Source: Rhynchopus sp. YZ270_cl-10 (taxonomy: Eukaryota). From it: a stretch of DNA of 64,000 bases. The notes under the pieces were generated by a model, which saw only the letters and a list, made by a program, of their open reading frames with translations, made no database searches and was not told the origin of the DNA. A program made the position numbers and the translations under genes. Shown here in pieces: positions 44,110 to 55,000 of the stretch; positions within the stretch are counted from its first letter, which is position 1; every line of letters begins with the position of its first letter. The DNA lies in assembly GCA_964035575.1 (NCBI GenBank), contig OZ037841.1:682001-746000 (forward strand), read 5' to 3'.

Positions 44110-45715
44110 ACCACATAGACTGTGTGATGGAGTGCCTCTCCGGATACAGGGAGGTCGAGAGGTTTACGCTTCAGTACTTCCGAAGCATGAAACCGCAACA
44201 ACGACTGCGTAAATAAGAAGAGGGAGGGAGGGGAGAAACTGCAAAAACAAAAAACAAAAAAAAAAAACAGTAAAGAAAAAGAACGGTTGAGGAAAAGATG
44301 CATACGTTCTTAGCAGTAACGAATACATCTTATTTAAAAAAAAAAAAAAATGTTTACAAGATGACCTTAAGCCTCTCGTGCTTGTCACCTTGAAAAAAAA
44401 AGTGAGGTTGACAGTGCAAACACCTCTGGGGTGTGTGCACTGACAAACAATGTGGAGGAAAAAAAAAATTACAGCAATGCCATCTGGAAGCATAGTGCAA
44501 CCATTTGGCAAAGATGTGAATGGTGACTCCGGCATCACAGCACAATATATTCCCACGAAATCAATACATCCCGGGTGAGACGGAGCTCTGCAGAACAAAT
44601 GCAGCGAACTAAAAGGGAAAGGGAGGCGGAAGGGGTGGAGAAAAGGATGGGGAAGGGGGAGGAGGGGGAAATGAAGATCGACATGAGCAGGGGGTCGTCA
44701 TCAGTCATTGGCCTCCTATTTATTTATTTTTTTGAAAAATGTATACATAACAAAACGTATTTGTGCGAAAAATAAGAAATGTGTGTTTTAAAAAAATAGC
44801 TTATAATAAATGAACTAAGCCGATTCGTGGTTTAGTTCCCTGAAGGATGTGAAAAATCACATGCGACGCACATAAAAAACCAAGAACCCACCTTTCGGAA
44901 CGTGGGCCCTTCGGCGCAAAAAAAGTAAATCTTGTTGGCAGGTGTATATAGGGGAGGGGGGTGGATGTGAAGAACATAATTTGATATCTTCCGAAAAAAA
45001 TAAAAACTGTGTCTGCTGTCACCCTGTTTTCTTCATAAGTAAATGTGAGAGCTGGGGCAACAATCTGCAAAAGCACAGTCATTCAAAAGGCGAAAACGCA
45101 GATAAGTGAGAAAAAAGTTGAATGAAAAAAGCAACAATAAGAACAATGGTTTATACTTTTTTTGTTTTTTTTTTTTTTTTTGAAATTTAAAAACAAACCA
45201 GACAGATTCTAACCAAACCATCCATTGATAACGTTGCCCAAAATAAGACAAATACTCTCTATTTGTTGAACACAACACGCCTCGAGGTGACACACCTTGT
45301 GTGCGCAAAAGAGAAATGACTCACAGGGAACACACTTTATCAAACCCACTGTTGGTATTCTTTGCCGGTTTATAAGCTCTTTAGGAAGAAAAAAGACGTA
45401 ATAAAGAAGCAAACGCTCGCAAAAAAGCGCGCACCAAACGTGATGACCACAGCACTGTACTAATTCAGCATAATGCCACACGACACAAGCGCTACGAGCT
45501 AAGTAGAAAGTTGTGCTATCTGGGGCGGAAGAGAGGAGGGTGAGATGGTGCGGTGGCACGCACCACTCCCGGTATCATAGCAAAAGTCAATTTGGTATGA
45601 AATAAGACAAAACAATAAAAGCCAGCGGTGTGCAAACTTCTCACGCAAGGGAAAGCATATCCCCCACGTCTCCTCCGCTCTTCCTCTGCCCTTCACGAAG
45701 CTGCCGCCTTGGCAT
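44110..45715 (-). CDS. Putative micro-exon gene, unknown product (partial model)
   Basis: Exons 45325-45378, 45219-45258, 45008-45064, 44892-44930 and one starting at 44839 are bounded by GT..AG and join in frame (AYKPAKNTNSGFDKVCSLEYLSYFGQRYQWMIVAPALTFTYEENRVTADTIYFFCAEGPTFRKGTKPRIG). Further candidate exons near 45644-45715, 45420-45515, 44473-44610, 44110-44204. No homology recognised. Confidence 0.4.
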
Positions 45716-46073
45716 CTCGTGGAGCACTAATATAAAGATTGATTCCTAAAGCCTGCGACAGCAGAAAAAATAAGAAAGCGCAAAATGCTTCCAGAATAAA
45801 AATAAAAAAAATAATGCACAAATGTGTTTTTTTTTTTTTTCCTTTTCGTTCCGTTTTTTTTTGAAATATTGGTTGCCTTTATAATGATCGAAATAGTGCA
45901 CATCCGAGGGATGTGATCCACTATTCATATTAGTTTTTTTGTTGTTAAAACGACGACAAACACGACTCAAAACAAAAGTGGATGTGCAATGATTAGGAAA
46001 ACAACAACCAACTAACCACGAACAACAGATACCACACGGCAAAGACTAAAGACTCAAGATAACGACACGCATC

Positions 46074-49000
46074 TTAGATGTCATCGTCAGCGACACTGCC
46101 AGGGCGGCTGGCCGGCTGCGACTTGGGAGACATCTCCTGCGACCCCCCCTCGTTGTAAAGGAGAGACTCTGTGCGGCTGTCGTTCCCGTTCCCGTACTTG
46201 TGTGGCGAACGCTCCTCCATGGCGTAGTCGTGCTCCTGCTCGTCCTTGACCTCTGCTTCGAACTGTTTGTTCCACTTCTCGTCGTCTGCGTCGTTCTCCT
46301 GCTGCCTACGCCTGCAGAGGAGGAAGGCCGCCGCCAGACAGCACGACAGCAGCAGCAGCAGCAGCAGCCACCACCAGCACGCGAAGAAGTCGTCGCAGTC
46401 GTCGTCGCTGTCGCCCTCTCTGTCGGGCGCTCCGAGGGTCGCGTTCTCGGCAGTCGCGTTGTACACATGTACCACGTCCGTGCACAGTCCAAAGTACGTC
46501 TCGTACACACACTCAGGCTCCTGTGCGCACGTTTCTGCCAGCAGCGATGAGCACACAACACCTGTGCACACAGCCGCTGCAGCTGTTCCTGCCTCGCCCA
46601 CCTGTGCACCCTTGCAGCGGCACTCCCAGTCGTTCAGTGCCGTCACGTCAGGGTCGTAGCAGTCCTGGCCTGCCTTCGCACATGTGTCGCCTGCACACGA
46701 CGGGCACTCTGCCGTGCACTCGTTCGTCCCACACTTGCCCGGCATCATGAGGCCGTTGTAGCCGGTCTGCGGCGCCACACAGCTGCACACCCACGTGTCA
46801 TCTGCTGCCACGTCTGTGTCGATGCACGTCTGCTCTGCGTCCCTGCACACCTTTGCGTTTGCCTCCACCTCACACTCTCCCACAAAGGTGCAGGTTGCTG
46901 GTGCACCCTGCATGCTCCCAGTCGACGGTGACGGGCACTTGCACAGCCAGTCGTTTGTCACGTCTGCGTTGGTGTCTGGGTCGTAGCACTGCAAGAAGGA
47001 GGTGTGGTGTGAGTGGAAAAGCTTGCTGGCAGAAGTGAATGAGAGAGCAGAGAATACTTGTATAGTAAAGGCTGACACGGGGAAAGCACATGTTACATTT
47101 TCTCCCACAAATACAAGGAGCATATCAATACAAAAAAAAAACCCCCCATTTCTGCATACCGCTTGTCCGGCGTGGTGGCACGTCTTCATGTTGTCCTCAA
47201 CCAAACACTCATCAAACTTGCAGGCAGCAACGTGTCCCACAGCAGACCCAGTCGAGGGACGCGCGCATTCGCACATCCAGTCGTTCAAATCTCTGTCGCC
47301 CGTGTTGCTGTCCACGCAGACCTGGCCATTGGCCTCGCACTGTGACTTCACGTTGTCTTCAAGACACTCGTCGCGTGTGCAGGTTGCACGCATCTGCGCC
47401 CCACTCCCCACTGCAGGTGCGATGCACTCGCACCGCCAGTCCCCGGTGGCAACACGGTCGTCGTCGAAGCAGAGCTGCCCCTCGCAAGCATAGCCGCTCT
47501 CGTCACCCTTGCGTGCGCAGGTCTCGCACACCGCCGTGCACTCATCGAGCACGCACACTGCAGGCGCCATGATGCCAGCGTCCTTCTGCGAGAAGGGTGC
47601 CTGGCAGTGGCACACCCAGTCATCAGCCAGCTCCGGATCCTCGTCGAAGCAGTACTGTCCTGCCGCAAGACACGTCTCTCTGTTCGCCGCGACCTGGCAC
47701 TCGTCATGTCCGTCGAATTTGCACACAGCCGGCTTGCCTGCTGCCGATCCGCTTCCGCTTTGGCAGGCACACGACCAGTCGTTCAGGGAAGACGCATCTG
47801 TGTTCTCGTCCATGCACAGCTGTCCAGCCTCGCGGCACGTTGTCACTGTCTTGCACTCGTCGACAGCTGTTGTGAATAGGTGTGGTTTTTAACAATAATA
47901 ACAATAATACAATAAAGGTCAAGAACATCTTGTCGGAAGAGGAGAACGTGCTTGTAATAGAAACAAATAATATAAAATACAAAATACAAAAACACAAATA
48001 CACAAAACAAACAGAAGAACATACAACAAATGGCAGGGTGGGCAACATGCTTCTCAGAGGAGGTGATGCAGCGGCACTCCCAGTCACCACGCATACTCGG
48101 GGACGTGTTCGGGTCAACACAGTGCTGTCCAGCCTCGGCGCAGACGTCTGTGTGGACTGGGACAGGGGCACCTGCAGGAAGTGGGGAACGTGGCCCGGCA
48201 CATGTCTGCTGCATGTTGATGGCAGCATTGCACTGCGACCTCTGCTTGTTGAACGCAGAGTCGGCCACGACACACCAGTCACCCTTCGTGTCGCGTGTTG
48301 GGTTGCAGCACCCAGTCGTGCAGGGCTCACTCACACCAGGCCCAGTCCCGTCGGTGTCGAGACGCCAGCCGCACGCACACTCGCATCCGTCCTGTGTGAA
48401 GCGGTAGAAGTGGTCGCATTTGCGTGCACCCGCAGTCGTGACGGCCACACACTCGTCAACAAGGCAGCTCTCCACAGCACGCCCAATCGCAACAGCCGTG
48501 GCCGGGGGTGCGCACAGACATGCCCAGTCGTTCAGGCTCAGGGCCGAGTCGTTCGGGTCTGCGCACTGCTGTCCTGCAGCAGTGCACACGTTCGACTCAC
48601 TCGCACTGGCACGTGCACAGGTCGGACAGATGTCGTTGCACTCATCAATGACGCACGACGCCGCCGCACTCTCCACAGGGAGACCGCGGAAGGGCGGGAG
48701 GCACGCGCATTTGAAGCTGTCTGCGCCTGCGTCTGGTGCACCAGGCACACACTGCTGGCCGGCACTGGTGCACACCTCGCGCAGGGCATCCTTCGCACAC
48801 CCACCCTCGTACGTGCACGTCGCCACTCCTGCGTACATGACACCCTTCGACGGGGCCGGGCAGTTGCACGTCCAGTCGTTCAGGCTTGCCGGTGCGGTGC
48901 TGTGGTCGATGCAGATCTGCCCCGCAGCCGCACAGCGTGCACCGTACTGCACACACTCGTCGAGGAGGCACGTGGCCTGCGCCGCAACAGCCTCCCCACT

Positions 49001-52000
49001 CGCAGGCGCCACACAGCGGCACACCCAGTCCCCGAGGGCCGACGCACGGGTGTCGTGGTCCACGCAGGTCTGCCCCTTCGCAAGGCACGTCACACCGTTC
49101 AGGTCGCACTCGTCCACAACGCAGGCGGCTGCGTGCACCAAGCCCTCTCCAGTCCCGACAGTGCAGAGGCATGACCAGTCCGACAGACTCGTTGGCGAGG
49201 TGTCGTGGTCCACGCACTTCTGCCCAGCAGAAGTGCAGGTGTGCACTGAGCCACTCTGCGCACAGGTCTCGCACCGCACCTCACACTCGTCCAACACACA
49301 GGCCGCACGCCCCTCTTTTGTCTGTGCACCTGTAAGTGGGGCAAGGCAGCGGCAGTGCCACGTCGCGTCCTCCTCGACACACATCTGGCCCGCTCCACAG
49401 GCATCCGCATGCGTTGCGCAGAGCGTCTGCCTTTCGCAGTCCGTTGATGCACGTCCCATTGCGGGCGCACCCGCTCCTGTTGCCCCACCTGCTCCTGCTC
49501 CCGACCCTCCCGCTCCCAGGCCCACGCCACCAGCACACTGGCACAGCCAGTTCCCAAGCTGCGACGCCACTCCCTGCTGAGGGTCGAGACAGGTCTGTCC
49601 AGCAGCAGCACAGACAGCGTCACCGTTGAGCCCCCCAGGCGCCCATGAGGCAGGAGCAGCACACTCGTCAACAACACAGACAGCAGGCTCGCTGCGCCCT
49701 GCGGTTCCGGTGTACGGGTACATGCACTCGCACACCCAGTCCCCACGCACCGTGTTATCGGGGTCGACGCAGTGCTGCACCTTTGCACCGGCAGTATCGC
49801 GCACAGCCTCGCAGATGTGTCTGTTTGTGGCAGAGGCACATTCGTCGTCACGGCACACTGCCACTGCCGCCACCTGCTGCCCAACAGCAGGCGCACTGCA
49901 GGCGCACACCCAGTCCCGCAGGCTGTGCACAGCTGTGTTCGGGTCCTCGCAGGTCTGCCCCGCCACCGCGCATGTGTGTGTCATCGACCCGGGCAGCGTC
50001 GCACACGACGCACACGCCGCACGGCACTCGTCAAGCGTGCACACCGCCGCCGCCTGTGCCCCCACAAGCCCCATCTGCGGGGCCACACAGCGGCACTGCC
50101 AGTCCCCGTCGACCGCAGGGTTCGGGTCCACACAGGTCTGCCCCGCAGCCGTGCACACGTCTGCCTTGGCAGCGTCCACGCATTCCCCCTTGTACACGCA
50201 GGACGCAGCCTTCCCCACAGCAGACCCCGTCGCAGGTGCCATGCAGTCGCACGTCCAGTCGCCCTGCACATTCGCCGACAGGTCGTGGTCGCGGCAGAGC
50301 TGTCCCGCGGCCGTGCACGTCGGCTCGTGCAGCACGCATTCGTCAAACGTGCACGCAGCCGCCCCAGCCACCTTGCGTCCCACAGCCGGCGCGTGGCAGG
50401 TGCAGAACCAGTCGTCCAGCGAGTCCGGCGCAATGTTCGGGTCCTCGCACGTCTGCTCTGCAGCAACGCACACCTTCGCTGCGTCCGTCCCACACTCGTT
50501 CAACGTGCACACGGCCGCCGCAGCACGCGCGTACGTGTCCGACCCCGCACACTTGCAGCGCCAGTCCGACATCCCCGTCACAGGGTTCTTGCTCCCCTCA
50601 ACACAGGTCTGACCTGCAAGTGTGCACAGCGACCCGGCCCCCTGGTTCGCACACGTCCCACACGTAGCCTCACACTCGTCAAGCTCGCACACTGTCGCCC
50701 CACCCTTCTTCGAAGGGCCCGTCTGCGGCGCAATGCACTCACACGACCCCTCAAGCATAATGTTCGCAGCGTCCGGCACACAGGCCTGCCCAAGAGACGT
50801 GCACTGCTCCCCGTGCATCGCACACCACGACATCGGCGGCAGCAGGCAGTTCGCAGGCATCCCCGTCCCACGGCGCAGCTCCTTCTGCCCCACGCACACG
50901 CACGTCCAGTCCCCGCGGCTCAGTGAGTCTGTGTTCGGGTCCTCACACACCTGCCCTGCTGCAGTGCACACAGAGGACACCGCAGGCGCAGCACACTCGT
51001 CCAGCAGGCACGTAGACACACGGCCAGTCGCCTTCCCAAGCGATGGAGCCGGGCACTCGCACTGCCAGTCCCCCATCCCCCCGATCACACGTGTGTTCGG
51101 GTCTGTGCAGCGCTGCCCCGCAGCCCCGCACACTGCAGCAAGGCGGCCGTTGTTCAGCGCACACTCGTCCACGTGGCACGACGCCACTGCCGCTGCCGCA
51201 CTCCCGGTCTGCTCCCCAGGGCACACACACAACCAGTCCTTCACGTTTGCAACAGACGTCGACGTCTCCTTGCAGCGCTGTCCCGCGTGCTCACACACGT
51301 TCCCGTCCCCCTTGTCTGCACACGTCGGGCACACTGCCACACACTCGTCCAGCACACACGTTGCCTTTGCCGCGTGCCTGCTCACACCTGTCGCAGGGGC
51401 CACACACTCGCACACCCAGTCCCCCTCCAGCGCCGGGTTCGGGTCGTAGCACGTCTGCCCCACCTGTGTGCACACCTCAGACACGTCCGCCCGCTCGCAC
51501 TCTCCGACGTACGAGCACACTGCCACTCCTGCCGTCTGTGCACCTGTTGCTGGTGCAGGGCACACGCACTCCCAGTCCCCCGACGTGCCAACCATGTTCT
51601 TGTCCACGCAGAGCTGCCCTGCCGCAAGGCACACCGTCCCGTGCGCCTCGCACTCGTTCACCACACACTGCGTCGCTGCCCCAAGCTTTGCCGGCCCGCT
51701 TGCAGGTGACACACACACGCAGCTCCAGTCCCCGCTGCTTGCTGTGCGTGTGTCTGGGTCCACGCAGCGCTGCCCTGCCTCTGTGCAGAGGTTCGACACA
51801 GCAACAGCTGACCCTGAGGACGACGATGCCACAGGACACTGCTGGCGCGCACCCGCAACACACTTCGGGTCCGTCTGCCCTGCAGACAGCACACACCACG
51901 CACCCTCAGCCGAGTGGTCTGGGTTGCAGCACCCCGCAAGACACTTCGAGGACACACCAGGCCCGTACACATTCGCAGCCGCACCAATCAACGACGCTGC

Positions 52001-55000
52001 CTCAACCTGCCACCCACACTCACACGCACACCCGTCCACAGAGAGACGCGGGGTTGTCAGGTGGTGGCAGGTGCGGGCCCCAAAGTTGCTGACCTCCATG
52101 CACTCGTCCTGCTGGCACACAGCCACGTTTGCAACAGCAGAGGGTGCACCAGATCCGCACACACACATCCAGTCGCGCGTGCTTGTCGGTGCCGTGTTCG
52201 GGTCCGTGCATGTCTGCCCGTTCCGCGTGCACATGTTCCCGCCCCCGTTGTCCGCGCAGGTCAGGCACTGCTCCGTGCACTCGTCCAGCGTGCACGTCGC
52301 CGCAGCTGCAACCGCAAACACCGACCCCTGCGGGCAGTGGCACTCCCAGTCGCCCTTGCCCGGCGACGTCGGGACAGGGTCGATGCACACCTGTCCATGC
52401 TTCTCGCACTCGTGGAAGTTGTCGCCAATGCTGCACTCGTTCTCCATGCACACTGCTGGCGACGCAACCGCAGTCCCAGTCGACGGCATCGGGCATGTGC
52501 ACATCCAGTCCCCGAGCGACGACGCCAGTTTGTTCGGGTCCGCACACGTCTGTCCAGGTCCGCAGTCGTGTCCCTGCACAGTACACTCGTCCACAAGGCA
52601 CTGTGGCACACCCTGCGTCGTCCGCCCAGCAGCAGGCGCACGGCACAAACATTCCCAGTCCCCAAGCGAGCGGGCGTCCGTGTTCGTGTCTGTGCACGTC
52701 GTTCCCCCCGCAGCACACACACTGCTGGGACACGGCCCCGACGCATCACACACCTCTGCACACTCGTCCACCAGGCACACTGCGGGCTTCCCCTGAGCAG
52801 ACCCCTTTGCATTCTTGCTGCTCCCACCCTCGCACAAGCACAGCCAGTCACCAACAGACCCCGCATCCGTATTCGGGTCCGTGCACGTCTGCCCAGCGCT
52901 CGCACACACATCCCCACCGCACGTCGGGCACGTCTCCACACACTCGTCCAGCACACACGTCGCAGGCGCTCCCTGCACAGACACACCACGTGCCGGTGTC
53001 ACACATTCGCACTCCCATGTGTTCTTCCGTGTCACGTCCGGGTCGTAGCAGCCCTGGCGAGCCGCTGTGCACACACGACGAATCGTCTCGATCTTGCACT
53101 CACTTGCAGGCTCGTTGCAATGCGCAGCGGACACCGGTCCCAGCGCCGTCGTCGCAGTCGAGTTGTGCAGACAGACACACTCCCACGTCCCCACAGTCGA
53201 CATGTCCGTGTCACGGCACAGCTGTCCCTCGTCCGCACACGCCGCACCTGCAGCCCCTGTCCGGCACTCGTCCATCACACACGTCGCTGCAGCAGCGGTC
53301 ATGAACCCTGTTGCCGGTGATGCACACTCGCACCGCCAGTCGCCTGTCACGTCCCAGTCGTGGTCCACACACACCTGCACCACACCACCGCTGCTGGCAG
53401 CCGCACACACACCCGCCTTGGCAGCATCCGCGCACTCGTCTTCCTCGCAGCGGGCCACGTGGCCGTGTGCCGTACGGTTGCTCGGTGCAGCACACGTGCA
53501 CGTCCAGTCACCAAGCGCATCCGTGTCCGGGTCCTCGCACGTCTGCCCCGCCTCCTCGCACAGGTTCGTTTCCACACCATTCACCATGCGCACCGCAGTC
53601 GCAACCCCGACCACAGCACACTCGTCCACAGCACACGCCGCAGGCTCCTTGCTGCGCCCCACACGCTCGTTCGGCGGAGGGCAATAGCACTTCCAGAACC
53701 CCTCCAGCGACAGGTCCTCATCTGAACAGGTCTGCCCAACAGCCGTGCACACGTGCCCGTAGAGGGTGCACTCGTCCACAACACACGCCGCAGGTCCTGC
53801 GACAGCTGTGCCTCCCCACGGGGCCACACACGCACATGTCCAGTCCCCAAGCGACAGTGCAGACCGGTCGGGGTCCGAGCACACCTGCCCCTTTTCCGCA
53901 CACGTCTTCTCGTGGAAGGTGCACTCGTCCGTCTGGCACTTGGCCGCCGCAGCCGTCCCACGCCCAACACTCGGCGCACGGCACTCGCACCGCCAGTCCC
54001 CAAGCGCACTGTTGTCCGGGTCGACGCAGTCCTGCTCCGCAGCCGTGCACGTCGACGCATGCAGCTCACACTCGTTCACCATGCACACAGCCGCAGCACC
54101 AACCTTCGTCCCGCTCATCGGCGCCGTGCAGCGGCACTCCCACGAGTTCACCCCACTCACAGGGCTTGTGTCCAGGTCCACGCACACCTGGTTTGCACGC
54201 GAGCAAGTGTCCCCAGCACACGTCGAGCACGCATCCGCACACTCGTCCAGCACACACACTGCAGGCCCAGCCGTCACAGGCAGCCCGTGGCTCGGCTGTG
54301 TGCACACACAGCGCCAGTCCAGCAGTACCGTCACGTCGGGGTCCTCGCACGTCTGCCCACGGCTCTCGCACACACTCGCCACCGCATGGTCCTCGCACTC
54401 CCCAACATGCACGCACGCTGCCGACGCCCCTACCGCCTTCTGCGTCGCAGGTGCCACACAACGGCACTCCCAGTCACCCAGCGACCCAGCACTGCGGTCG
54501 GGGTCCGTGCAGGTCTGCCCGTGCCCCGTGCAGACATGGCCGTGCTCCCTGCACTCGTCCTGCTCGCAGGATGCAGCCGCCGCAATCGCACTCCCCTTGC
54601 GTGGCGCCACACACTCGCAGCGCCAGTCCCCAAGCGAGGCTGCGCCCTGTGCCGTGTCCACGCAGTGCTGCTGCACACTTGCACAGACGTGCCCGTGCGC
54701 CACACACTCGTCCACAGGGCAGTCCGCTACATTCGCAACAGCCACCATTGTCGACGGCGGGGCACACAGACACTCCCAGTCCCCAAGGCCGTTCATCGAC
54801 GGGTTCGGGTCCACGCACACCTGCTGCGCACCACGGCACACGTCCTTCTCGCACGTCGCACATGTCGCCTCACACTCGTCCAGCGCGCACTGCCCCACAG
54901 CCGCCCCAACCGCACTGCCCACAGCCGGCGTACGGCAGCGACACTCCCATGTGTCCGGCGCCAGGTGGTCGGTGTCGACACAGTCCTGCGGCGGGCTTGC

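Larger units (their letters stand above)
101..45650 (-). repeat. Dispersed, strand-polarised short hairpin motif superfamily (non-coding regions only)
   Basis: Plus-strand consensus forms: H1 AAGATGAACCTAAGCCTCTCGTGCTTAGTCACCTT (~736, 795, 3088, 5111, 11268, 11921, 22121, 22755, 23297, 25867, 44357); H2 AAGATGAATGTGCCTCTCGTGCACATCT (~2896, 5167, 10154, 12897, 23122, 23454, 24367, 24756, 32928); G AGTTGAAAGTGCAAACGCCTC... (~101, 844, 3334, 3787, 10792, 11312, 12979, 22305, 26236, 26564, 26686, 27107, 27481, 32615, 43883, 44407). Span given is first to last copy. Confidence 0.85.

Noticed and set aside
736..44392. ~35-bp palindromic repeats as a CRISPR array
   Set aside because: Dispersed, degenerate, irregular spacing, no cas genes, eukaryotic context.
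45652..45661. Non-canonical AT-starting donor (ATATGCTTT, U12-like; similar at ~22560)
   Set aside because: A canonical GTGAGA donor 16 nt away explains the frame; no transcript evidence.
47020..47965. Weak shared motif CTAT(T)ACAAG..TTCTC..CTTC..CAAG in both introns of the giant gene (snoRNA?)
   Set aside because: Too short and gapped; no C/D or H/ACA boxes identified.
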